Origin: an uncultured Gammaproteobacteria bacterium
GTDB lineage: Bacteria > Patescibacteriota > Patescibacteriia > Magasanikbacterales > GWA2-37-8
Direction of reading: 5' to 3'
Assembly (NCBI GenBank): GCA_964355175.1
Contig: CAYHBZ010000001.1
Span: 304,523-368,522, forward strand
Length of the DNA stretch: 64,000 nt
Shown: piece after piece, positions 1-8,643 of the stretch
Numbering within the stretch: position 1 is the first letter of the stretch
How the letters are laid out: the number at the start of each line of letters is the position of its first letter
Made by a program: the position numbers and the translations under genes
Notes under the pieces: model-generated
What the model saw: the letters and a program-made list of their open reading frames with translations, nothing else
Told to the model about the DNA's origin: nothing
Databases searched by the model: none

Positions 1-2708
1 TAGCCGGCATTGCGTTTAGCTCCGATACAAGTCTCACTTTTGGGAATACACATACCATTTTGTTGTCCAACCACACAACATTGATCGTTGACTGCATCCG
101 CACAAGTATTATTATTTTTAGTGCAATCAAATACAGAAAACTGAACAGTGTTACTTTTTTTGGAACCAATAGTGGTAACAAATAATGGACCAGAAGCCAC
201 ACCGCCTCCTGGCTTGGTAGTAATATGATGATTGGTATCAAGTGTGACGAAAGATGTTTCCAAACTTGAAAGCATACTAGAACTAGCCCCAATTTTCCAA
301 AAATAAGCCACATCTATATTTTCTAAATTATCACCATAAATATTCAAGACATTACCGACAAAAGGCACCGGCCCAGAAGGTGGATTAATAGCACAAATAC
401 CCGGTTTGGCATCACCACTCACAGTACGAATGGAAAAATTATTGTTGATTGGACTAAAAGTAACATTGTCGGCTAATTTTATTCTTACCGAAAAATCAAA
501 ATTTAAATCAATCGTGCTTGGTATTTTTACCATTACTTGCCCATCATTCCAAATAGAATTAAATTTTTTACATTCTTGAGGAAAATCAACACTACCAACA
601 ATATTTGGATTGGCGGCGTTGCCATCTTTATTTAAAATTACCGACCCACCCTGCGCTCCAAAATTCTTACCATAAATGACCAAATAATCTCCGCGAGCGG
701 TACTGGTAGCACTCAGAGCAGTAATGATAGGGCCGTTTGGATTAGAACCAGAAATAGAAAACTTTATTCCATTACTATACAGACCACCTTTTTTGGCCTG
801 CACGGTAAAACCACCATTACCCAGACCAACTGGCACAAAACTGCTAATTAAATTTTCATCCCAACTGCCAATTTTTACCTTAGATCCCTGAAAAAATATA
901 CCGTCATTAACTACATTGAGATCAGCCAATTTACCAAACCCTTTACCGGACACTGAAAATGGTTGGCCTTCAAAACCTGCCGCAGGATCTATGGTACAAA
1001 TCCCGGGATGAGAAATATTAGTAAGAGTAAAGACACTGCTGGCTCCCCAGCTATCATTGGTAACATCAGTGCCATTTGTACCACCAACCTCTGTCACTAC
1101 TTTCAGCGGACCGGTGGCAGCAATCGAGGCTGGCACAGAAACTACAATTTGATTATCGGTCCAATATTTAAAATTCGCGCCACAATTTACCGGCATGGCT
1201 TCTACCCATTTGCCACTCGTACTGCTAGCAAAATAAACATGGCCTGGATTTTTTCCAAAATATTTACCAAAAACAGATACATAATCCCCTACCGCTCCAT
1301 TATCCAAAGAAAAATAATCAACTCTTACTTTATTTACACAAACGCCGGTAGCCGCTCCAGCCACCTTTTCACAATAACCACTGGAACAATCGGAATTTTG
1401 TGTACAAATGTCGCCGGCACAAGATCCACACTCACCGCCACAATCGCCAGCCGGACTTGGGAAAGAAAATTTTTCTCCTACACTTTCGTCAAGCTTGTTA
1501 TCATAACAGTGGGTTGGTTTTAAATTTATTGAAAAATTAGTTTTAATTTGATTATTTCCCCAATCTATCCCCAATAAACCAATATTATGAGAACCTAGAG
1601 CTGCTTTGAGGGTGTTCCAATTTACAGTTAATGTGCCACTGGTATCACAATTATTCTGTGGCTGGACAGAAGTAATAAAATTATTATCGGCAATCAAATT
1701 TAATGTTTGCAAACCAACATCATCCTTGTAATCAACTATTACTCCGATAGTATCACCCTGACTAAAACCGTCTCCTGGCTGAGGAAATTTAACGGTAATT
1801 TGCGGAGGCGTAGAGTCGATTTTATCACCTGAAGTAAAACTAACATCACTGCAATTATAGGCACCACTGCAAGAAAGACTTTGCAAACCAGACTTTGTTT
1901 TAATATTGGCAGATTTTGCTATTACAATCTTATAAGGGGTCTTATACTCAAAACAATAATAATTGTTATTATTCAAACACTTAGTGGGAGGAGAAAAATA
2001 TACTTCACGATTATTGCCGCCCTGATAATTCCAAGTACCGTCGACCACACTGTTGGTAAAAGTATTAATTACCTGTATGTTATCCGGATGGCCACCAGCA
2101 CCAAGGTGATTTAAACTGTCGATGTCAACATCTTTATTAAAAACCATTATAGGAGAGTAGTTGGCCACACACACATTGCCGCCAGACGGTTTTTTATTAA
2201 TATGAAAAGATTCACCCGCACTACAGTCGACTCCCTGTGGGCAATCTCCACAGGATGGACATTTACCCCCGCAATTCGCGCCACCTTTGTCTATCTGCGC
2301 TTTACATTCTGGGTTGACTCCACCATTGAATCCGGTGGCTTCTACTAATTTAGTCATCACAAAAGCCACTATAGAATAAGCGGACAAAATAATCGCCAAG
2401 CCAATAGTAGCATTAATTAAGATTTTTTTGGCAGTACCAATCTGCTCTTCATTGCCGCCGGAAGTCATCCATTCATATCCGGCATATAACATCAGCACCA
2501 CCGCCAAAATTCCGAGCAACCCCAAAGCTGATTTAATAATATTGGCCACGATGATACGAATATCCACATGACCAAGACCGGTGGCATCCAAAGGCTGTAG
2601 ACCCAAATCAAGCGGAGCGGCCAGAGCTGAACTAGCAAAAAATAGACCAACGGAAAAAAATATTATACCAGCCGATATTAATAATAATTTTTTAAAATTA
2701 TTTTTCAT
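1..2708 (-). CDS. Large secreted/surface protein, 3' end cut by the window edge and absent from the ORF track. It has an N-terminal T4SS-pilin-like (VirB2/TrbC-like) two-helix module, Cys-rich linkers and repeated IPT/TIG-like modules.
   Basis: I translated the minus strand by hand from the ATG at 2708 and found no stop down to position 1. The N-terminus reads MKNNFKKLLLISAGIIFFSVGLFF...DIRIIVANIIKSALGLLGILAVVLMLYAGYEWMTSGGNEEQIGTAKKILINATIGLAIILSAYSIVAFVM. Cys-rich linkers follow (CGGKCPSCGDCPQGVDC, GDCGGECGSCAGDICTQNSDCSSGYC). Repeated GDYVSVFGKYFG / GDYLVIYGKNFG modules are typical of IPT/TIG domains. The start lies 2 nt after the stop of the upstream paralog. Confidence 0.7.
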   Translation of the reverse strand, partial: MKNNFKKLLLISAGIIFFSVGLFFASSALAAPLDLGLQPLDATGLGHVDIRIIVANIIKSALGLLGILAVVLMLYAGYEWMTSGGNEEQIGTAKKILINATIGLAIILSAYSIVAFVMTKLVEATGFNGGVNPECKAQIDKGGANCGGKCPSCGDCPQGVDCSAGESFHINKKPSGGNVCVANYSPIMVFNKDVDIDSLNHLGAGGHPDNIQVINTFTNSVVDGTWNYQGGNNREVYFSPPTKCLNNNNYYCFEYKTPYKIVIAKSANIKTKSGLQSLSCSGAYNCSDVSFTSGDKIDSTPPQITVKFPQPGDGFSQGDTIGVIVDYKDDVGLQTLNLIADNNFITSVQPQNNCDTSGTLTVNWNTLKAALGSHNIGLLGIDWGNNQIKTNFSINLKPTHCYDNKLDESVGEKFSFPSPAGDCGGECGSCAGDICTQNSDCSSGYCEKVAGAATGVCVNKVRVDYFSLDNGAVGDYVSVFGKYFGKNPGHVYFASSTSGKWVEAMPVNCGANFKYWTDNQIVVSVPASIAATGPLKVVTEVGGTNGTDVTNDSWGASSVFTLTNISHPGICTIDPAAGFEGQPFSVSGKGFGKLADLNVVNDGIFFQGSKVKIGSWDENLISSFVPVGLGNGGFTVQAKKGGLYSNGIKFSISGSNPNGPIITALSATSTARGDYLVIYGKNFGAQGGSVILNKDGNAANPNIVGSVDFPQECKKFNSIWNDGQVMVKIPSTIDLNFDFSVRIKLADNVTFSPINNNFSIRTVSGDAKPGICAINPPSGPVPFVGNVLNIYGDNLENIDVAYFWKIGASSSMLSSLETSFVTLDTNHHITTKPGGGVASGPLFVTTIGSKKSNTVQFSVFDCTKNNNTCADAVNDQCCVVGQQNGMCIPKSETCIGAKRNAG

Positions 2709-2709
2709 C

Positions 2710-4788
2710 TTAGTTAATCAGTTTTTTATTAGTCTTTATCCATTCTACACAAGTATCTTTGGTAAAATTATTACCAGCAGAAACCAATCCATCACAACAA
2801 AAATCTTTTCCGCCACTAACTGTTTCACAGCAGGTGTTACCGGGTTTGGTAGGATCACAAGTTGGAGAAATGCGACTTGGTGTAGTGGCCTGAGTTTTAT
2901 CCGGTCCAAGTCCAGGATAAAAACAATTGAAATGCGCGTCCTCTACCGTGGAACTAACCACCGGCATATAAAATTGATTATCCAAAAAGGTCGGATGTTC
3001 CATAGTTACTGTCTGATAATCCAAATTCAGATAAGGTTTGTGATAAGCTGGGATCCATGGCTTTTCCGGAGTAGACACAGTAGGAAATTCTATCAAATCA
3101 ATTGAACTAAGAGATTCAACTCTCATTCGTTTACTAAACACCATCTCCCATTTTTGATTTTTAACTACATAATCTGAATCTGGCGCCGGAGTGATATTCA
3201 CAAGATAAGGAGCGGTAATATCTATTTCGCTATTAATTTTGAAACTCCAATAATTATTATCTGGAACCAACCAGTTATTAAAAACCGGCAAAGTAGTGGT
3301 GGCGGTCTGAGCGGATCCATTTTTATTACCATCAAGAGCGTTACTAGCCAGATCCGATACGCCAGAAAAAGGCTGAGATTGGAATGTGCCGCCCAAAGTT
3401 TTAGCAGCTTTCAAAAGCAAAGTATATTCGTCTTCATTTAGACAAAAAATATCTCCACCGCAGGCATTCACTCCACATTTGAGCGACGGTGTAAATTCTA
3501 GAGTCCGGTAATTATTTACCAAATTAAAACTGCCGGCCGGTAAAATATTTTTTAAATTTTTTAAATATATATACTGATCCGATCCTAGCTTAGGAGCTTT
3601 ATAATATTTAGCTGTGCCAAAAGTAGATGTCGTAAAATCGCCCTGCAAACCGGTAGGATCAACTGCTTCGGAAAAAGTAATTTGAACTACTGAATTTCTA
3701 GCCTCCCCTTTTGGATTATCGGTAATGCTTTTTGGAAACACATCTACTACGGTTGGCGGAGTCAGATCGAGAGTGTTATTGCACACGAATTGCCAAGAAT
3801 AATAATCGTTGCCAAGATTTTGTTTGTTGAAAATAGATGGATAATTATTTTCAGAATTATTTTCTGCGATCTTTTTACCCAGATTGACAGTATACCCTAC
3901 CGATTCGGTTTCACTGCCCAAATAACCACCGTCAGATAAGGAAGAGTTGGTAATTGGTTTGAGAACCAAAGTAAAATGACCTTGGACATTATTGTAACTA
4001 CTTATTGATGACAAAACTACCAAACCAGTAATTGGCTGATTGCTGTCTGTACGCTTGACATTGATATAATCATCCATTAATTTCGATCCTGTGCCAGAAG
4101 GAGTCGTAGTCGCGTGATCACAATCGGTATTCCAATTAAATGTGGCTTTACCAGTGTTAATACAATCACCAAATGTATTGCTACCGTTGGTATCTACTAC
4201 AAAACTTGGCAGATAAACCGGCTTGGCAAAAGTAATCACAATTTTTGTATTACGCGGCACATCTTTTTGATCACGAGCTGGATAGTGATCTTTGACAACT
4301 TTACCCAAAGCACCACTGCCGGCAAAATTATAATTTTGGCTCGGGGCGGTATTGGTAGTACCTTCCGTACCAAAACCGTCTTTTACTCCAAGCATCTTCA
4401 TAATAAACGCCACGATCGAATAAGCGGATAAAATAATCACCAAACCAATCACGGCATTGCGAATAATACTTTTGGCCTGACCGATCTGATCTTCATTACC
4501 ACCGGCGGTCATCCAAAGATAGCCCGCATATAGTATGAGACATACCAAAACAATCCCGACTAAACCCAAAGCCGCGCGAATAATGTTGGCAATAATAATG
4601 CGAATATCAAAATTCGCCAAACCAAGCGGTTCTTGGATTATTTGCAAACCTTCATTGACGGTGTTCTGAGCTAAAGCGGTATTAAAAGACAAAAAAACCG
4701 CCACTAAAATTGCCCCCAATATAGTGACGGTCTTTAATTTATTGTATTTATTTTTTACGATCCATTGAAGCATGGGACAATGGAACAA
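2710..4788 (-). CDS. Secreted/surface protein with an N-terminal T4SS-pilin-like module, SbsA-type Ig-like domains and a Cys-rich C-terminus. It is a paralog of the 1..2708 protein over the N-terminal module.
   Basis: The 692-aa ORF carries the motif DIRIIIANIIRAALGLVGIVLVCLILYAGYLWMTAGGNEDQIGQAKSIIRNAVIGLVIILSAYSIVAFIM, nearly identical to the neighbouring gene. TPPTVVDVFP...ITFSEAVDP and DITAPYLVNITP segments resemble bacterial Ig-like (SbsA/Big_5) domains. The C-terminal part is Cys-rich (CCETVSGGKDFCCDG). Confidence 0.75.
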   Translation of the reverse strand: MFHCPMLQWIVKNKYNKLKTVTILGAILVAVFLSFNTALAQNTVNEGLQIIQEPLGLANFDIRIIIANIIRAALGLVGIVLVCLILYAGYLWMTAGGNEDQIGQAKSIIRNAVIGLVIILSAYSIVAFIMKMLGVKDGFGTEGTTNTAPSQNYNFAGSGALGKVVKDHYPARDQKDVPRNTKIVITFAKPVYLPSFVVDTNGSNTFGDCINTGKATFNWNTDCDHATTTPSGTGSKLMDDYINVKRTDSNQPITGLVVLSSISSYNNVQGHFTLVLKPITNSSLSDGGYLGSETESVGYTVNLGKKIAENNSENNYPSIFNKQNLGNDYYSWQFVCNNTLDLTPPTVVDVFPKSITDNPKGEARNSVVQITFSEAVDPTGLQGDFTTSTFGTAKYYKAPKLGSDQYIYLKNLKNILPAGSFNLVNNYRTLEFTPSLKCGVNACGGDIFCLNEDEYTLLLKAAKTLGGTFQSQPFSGVSDLASNALDGNKNGSAQTATTTLPVFNNWLVPDNNYWSFKINSEIDITAPYLVNITPAPDSDYVVKNQKWEMVFSKRMRVESLSSIDLIEFPTVSTPEKPWIPAYHKPYLNLDYQTVTMEHPTFLDNQFYMPVVSSTVEDAHFNCFYPGLGPDKTQATTPSRISPTCDPTKPGNTCCETVSGGKDFCCDGLVSAGNNFTKDTCVEWIKTNKKLIN

Positions 4789-4797
4789 AATTATAAA

Positions 4798-5040
4798 TTA
4801 TCTCTTCTTGGTTTCTTCTGGCAAACGACCAATTTTTTTAAGGTATTCCATTTTTCCAGCTACCTTAAGACTGTGCAAAGCACTTTTGCGACGCATGTTA
4901 CGACTCTTATCTTTGTCGTGATAGCGGATTTTCTTTACCTGTAAAATCTTACCTGACTGCTGCCAACGTTTTTTGACGCGGCGCATGTAGGATTCAAAGG
5001 ATTCGTTTTTTCTTCTTTTTATTTCTGACACAATATTCAC
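4798..5040 (-). CDS. rpsU: 30S ribosomal protein S21 with a basic C-terminal extension
   Basis: The segment KNESFESYMRRVKKRWQQSGKILQVKKIRYHDKDKSRNMRRKSA follows the S21 pattern (KNESLEDALRRFKR...REFYEKPS..RK). Confidence 0.6.
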   Translation of the reverse strand: MNIVSEIKRRKNESFESYMRRVKKRWQQSGKILQVKKIRYHDKDKSRNMRRKSALHSLKVAGKMEYLKKIGRLPEETKKR

Positions 5041-5102
5041 CTCCGTTTAAAATTAAAATTTACGGCAGATAGCATAAAAATGCTGTCTTCATTATACCTT
5101 AT

Positions 5103-6500
5103 TTATCGCTTATCGTCAAATCGACCCAACTTTCTTTTTAAGACTGTAACTAATTTTTTTTGATCCACGATTTCTTGAATACCGGATTCCATGTCGCGGA
5201 TGATGGCGGTGCCATCTTGCACTTCTTTTTGACCAATAATTACGGTGAAAGGAGCTTTCAAACTATCAGCCAACTCCATCTGACTCTTGAGCGAGGTTTT
5301 GAAAAAATTAAAAGCAATTTTTACTCCAGCACCGCGTAATTGATTTATTAATTTCAAAGTTACGCGACGAGCCTCTTCTCCCAGCTGAGCCACATAGGCA
5401 TCAGTTGGTACTTTTGGCATTTCACGATTATTTTTTTCATTGTATTGTTTGAGCGCCAAAACCGCGCGCTCGAGACCAATCGCCATACCAGCCGCCGGGG
5501 TTGGACGTCCGCCCATTTCTTCTACCAGCAGATCGTAGCGACCACCGCCACCTAAAGCGCTTTGCGATCCTTCTAAATCATCGGCTGGATAAATTTCAAA
5601 TACGGTATTAGTATAATAATTTAAACCGCGGACCAAAGTGTGATCCAATTGATATGGAATTTCAAGCACATCCAAATATTCCAATACTTTCATGAAATGA
5701 TTTTTGCTTTCCGCTCCGAGCCAATTAATAATTTGTGGCGCTTCTTCTTTTACAGTCTGACAGCCTACTTCTTTACAATCGAGCAGACGCATTGGATTTT
5801 TGGTAATACGCTGACGACACTCTTCGCAAAGATAAGAACGCTTACTGCGATAATAATTCACCAATTCATTTTTATAATTAGCGCGCTCAGCCGAAGTACC
5901 AATACTATTTATTTTTATTTCTACCGGCAAACCTAGATCTTTGAAAAAATCATAAGCTACCAAAATCAATTCGGCATCCATGGCTGGATCATTGGACCCA
6001 AAAGTTTCAAAACCAAACTGGTGAAACTGACGATAGCGACCGGCTTGCGGACGGTCATGACGGAACATTGGCCCCCAGTACCACAGCTTGGTAGGCTGAG
6101 GCATATTCCAGAACCCATGCATAATATAAGCACGCACTACGGAGGCAGTCATTTCTGGACGCATGGCTACTTTGGTGGTATCTTTATCTTCAAAAACATA
6201 CATCTCTTTGTCTACAACATCGGTACCTTTACCAATACCACGTACAAACACGCCTACTTCTTCCAAAATTGGGGTTTCAATACGAGCGAATTGAAAATGT
6301 TCGGCCAAATCAGAAATAGATTTATACATCGGCTTCCAATATTTTTCATCCTTTGGCAAAATATCGTGCATACCGCGCAACAACCCATAAGTACGTTTTC
6401 CTTTTTCAACAACGCCTTCTTTTTCTTTAACAGGCTTAGCGGCTTTCACAATCTTTTTCACTTCTGGTTTTTTCATTTTCATTTTTTTATCTTTAGACAT
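5103..6500 (-). CDS. hisS: Histidyl-tRNA synthetase
   Basis: Class II HisRS motifs are present: RGMHDILP, ETPILE, DKEMYVFEDK, RPEMTASVVRAY, WYWGPMFRHDRPQAGRYRQFHQFGFE, and GGGGRYD...AAGMAIGLER. The ORF-track start at 6530 is a TTG that overlaps the lepB stop. The ATG at 6500 (MSKDKK) is the more likely start. Confidence 0.9.
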   Translation of the reverse strand: MSKDKKMKMKKPEVKKIVKAAKPVKEKEGVVEKGKRTYGLLRGMHDILPKDEKYWKPMYKSISDLAEHFQFARIETPILEEVGVFVRGIGKGTDVVDKEMYVFEDKDTTKVAMRPEMTASVVRAYIMHGFWNMPQPTKLWYWGPMFRHDRPQAGRYRQFHQFGFETFGSNDPAMDAELILVAYDFFKDLGLPVEIKINSIGTSAERANYKNELVNYYRSKRSYLCEECRQRITKNPMRLLDCKEVGCQTVKEEAPQIINWLGAESKNHFMKVLEYLDVLEIPYQLDHTLVRGLNYYTNTVFEIYPADDLEGSQSALGGGGRYDLLVEEMGGRPTPAAGMAIGLERAVLALKQYNEKNNREMPKVPTDAYVAQLGEEARRVTLKLINQLRGAGVKIAFNFFKTSLKSQMELADSLKAPFTVIIGQKEVQDGTAIIRDMESGIQEIVDQKKLVTVLKRKLGRFDDKR

Positions 6501-6510
6501 AAAAGAAGAA

Positions 6511-7116
6511 TTAATATTTTGGAGCTTCAAAAACTTGAATGCGATTTATAGGCCAACCGCGTAGCCAGGTACGACCAACAATGAGACTGGCGTCCACTTT
6601 TCCGAACCGGCGAGAATCAAAACTATTTTCTCGATTATCCCCCATCATGAAATATTGATCTTTGGAAAGTGACATATTTATTTCACCTTCAGTGACAACA
6701 CTTTTTGGGATATAATTTTCTTCAAGCAATAAACCTTCGGGGTGTTCGTTGTTGTAAATAGTTACTTTATTTTCCGAAATTTTTACGCGTTCACCCGGCA
6801 AACCAATCACGCGCTTGAGAAAATATTCTTGGTGATTGTTTGGATATTTAAATACCACGACATCGCCGCGTTTGGGCGTATGCAGACGGTAACTCAACTC
6901 ATCAATAATGAGGTACTCGTGATCATAAAAATTTGGCTCCATGGAAGCGCCTTTGACGTAAAATGGTTTGAAAAGATAATAGCGTACCAGCGCAATCGTA
7001 ATACCGGCCAGCAGAGCAACTTTGATAAATTCCAAAAGTGCTAATCCGGCTCCAGCTAGATAACGACGCAAATAACGCCACAAATTTGAATTAAATTGAT
7101 TTTTTTCGTCAGTCAT
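6511..7116 (-). CDS. lepB: Signal peptidase I
   Basis: An N-terminal TM segment is followed by GASMEPNF, RGDVVVFKYP, KRVIGLPGE and GDNRENSFDSRRFG, which match the S26 peptidase boxes. Confidence 0.85.
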   Translation of the reverse strand: MTDEKNQFNSNLWRYLRRYLAGAGLALLEFIKVALLAGITIALVRYYLFKPFYVKGASMEPNFYDHEYLIIDELSYRLHTPKRGDVVVFKYPNNHQEYFLKRVIGLPGERVKISENKVTIYNNEHPEGLLLEENYIPKSVVTEGEINMSLSKDQYFMMGDNRENSFDSRRFGKVDASLIVGRTWLRGWPINRIQVFEAPKY

Positions 7117-7162
7117 AAATATGTTTAGTAGCCAGTATAATACCCCATTTTTTGCCTTTTGG

Positions 7163-7193
7163 CAAATTTAAAATCCCGAGCATAATCGGGATT
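7163..7193 (-). terminator. Hairpin after the tRNA pair, possibly an intrinsic terminator
   Basis: aatcccga (7172-7179) pairs with tcgggatt (7186-7193). On the minus strand a T-rich run follows the hairpin (plus-strand aaatttaaa). Confidence 0.4.
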
Positions 7194-7196
7194 TTG

Positions 7197-7270
7197 TGGG
7201 CGATTGAGGAATCGAACCTCAGACCTCGTCATTATCAGTGACGCGCTCTAACCATCTGAGCTAATCGCCC
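7197..7270 (-). tRNA. tRNA-Ile (anticodon GAU)
   Basis: The reverse complement is GGGCGATTAGCTCAGATGGTTAGAGCGCGTCACTGATAATGACGAGGTCTGAGGTTCGATTCCTCAATCGCCCA. It folds as a cloverleaf with anticodon loop CTGATAA. CCA is not encoded. Confidence 0.9.
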
Positions 7271-7320
7271 TTTTAATTAAAAAGACTATATCATTTCTCC
7301 CACGAAAAATCAAGACTTCG

Positions 7321-7394
7321 TGGGCGACAGAGGATTTGAACCTCTGACCTTTACAATGTCAATGTAACGCTCTAACCAACTGAGCTAGTCGCCC
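7321..7394 (-). tRNA. tRNA-Val (anticodon GAC)
   Basis: The reverse complement is GGGCGACTAGCTCAGTTGGTTAGAGCGTTACATTGACATTGTAAAGGTCAGAGGTTCAAATCCTCTGTCGCCCA. The anticodon loop is TTGACAT. Confidence 0.9.
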
Positions 7395-7592
7395 TTAAAA
7401 CAGATGGATTGTAGCAGATGTTACTAAAAAAATCAAGATGAGATTGGTTTTAATGTGCTGGTAGCAAAACTGTTCCGAGCGGCCATACGACTGCCGCAGC
7501 GCAACCTGCCAGGGCCTAACTCTGAGGAAAGCGATAAATACTTTTGGTACCGGCAAAAAACCAAAATCTGCGAGATAATGTTACAGGGGAAT

Positions 7593-8561
7593 TTAAAAAA
7601 TTTTTTTCAAATAATTCAATACATAGTCCCTTACGCCATCTTCCAATTCCCAGAATTTATCATGGTAACCCGCATCCCGCAGTAAATTAATTTCTGCTTT
7701 GGTATAATATTGATATTTATCCTTCAAATCTTCGGGCATTTCTATAAATTTAATCTTGGTCTCTTTTTCCAAAGCAGAAAAAATTGCTTTTGCCAAATCA
7801 GAGAAAGATCTGCTTTTCCCAGTACCAACATTAAAGATTCCATTGACGTTTGGATTCTTTAAAAAATATAAAACAACTTTTACCACATCCTTAACATATA
7901 TAAAATCCCTTAGCTGGCCGCCGTTAGAATATTCTTTATTGTAAGATTTAAACAATTTTATTTCATTAGTCTGAACTATTTGTTTGAAACCGTTAAGTAC
8001 TACCGAAGCCATTCTGCCTTTGTGATATTCATAAGGTCCATAAACGTTAAAAAATTTTAGACCCACCCACTGTGGTGGCCGCACTTTTTGCGCTAAAACC
8101 CAAAGATCAAATAAGTGTTTTGATTGGCCATACAAATTCAACGGCTCCAACTCAAAAATATTGTCATCAAAACCACGACTGCCGTCTCCGTAAGTGGCTG
8201 CAGAAGAAGCATATATAAATTGAATGTCTTTCTTCACACAATAATTAAATAGATGCTTACTATATTCATAGTTGGTTTGTAAAATAAAATCCTTATCATC
8301 TTCAGTAGTATCTGAACATGCTCCCATATGTATAATAGCTTTGATGTCAAAAAAATTATCTGATTTTATAGCTAACAAAAATTCATCCCTATCAAAATAT
8401 TTATCATATTTTAAGATTCCCAAATTCTTTCTCTTTGCATCATCAAGCAGATAGTCAACTATTATAATATCGTTGATCAACCCGGCATCATTTAGCGTCT
8501 TGATTATATTGGCACCAATAAATCCAGCCCCTCCTGTGATTATTAATTTGCTATTTGACAT
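7593..8561 (-). CDS. hldD: ADP-L-glycero-D-manno-heptose 6-epimerase (NAD-dependent epimerase family)
   Basis: ITGGAGFIGANIIKTLNDAG, HMGACSDTTE, YASSAATYGDG, YGQSKHLFD, FFNVYGPYEYHKGRMASVV and NVGTGKSRSF follow the HldD/RfaD sequence pattern closely. Confidence 0.8.
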   Translation of the reverse strand: MSNSKLIITGGAGFIGANIIKTLNDAGLINDIIIVDYLLDDAKRKNLGILKYDKYFDRDEFLLAIKSDNFFDIKAIIHMGACSDTTEDDKDFILQTNYEYSKHLFNYCVKKDIQFIYASSAATYGDGSRGFDDNIFELEPLNLYGQSKHLFDLWVLAQKVRPPQWVGLKFFNVYGPYEYHKGRMASVVLNGFKQIVQTNEIKLFKSYNKEYSNGGQLRDFIYVKDVVKVVLYFLKNPNVNGIFNVGTGKSRSFSDLAKAIFSALEKETKIKFIEMPEDLKDKYQYYTKAEINLLRDAGYHDKFWELEDGVRDYVLNYLKKIF

Positions 8562-8643
8562 ATTTAAAAAACAATAATAACACTTTAATAACTTCTGCCA
8601 GATGATAACCTATCTAAAAAAATAACTTTTTTCATAGAGCAAA

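Noticed and set aside
7455-7685. ORF 7455..7685(+), 76 aa
   Set aside because: It spans an intergenic structured segment and then runs antisense into the 3' end of hldD. It has no ribosome-binding site and an implausible sequence.
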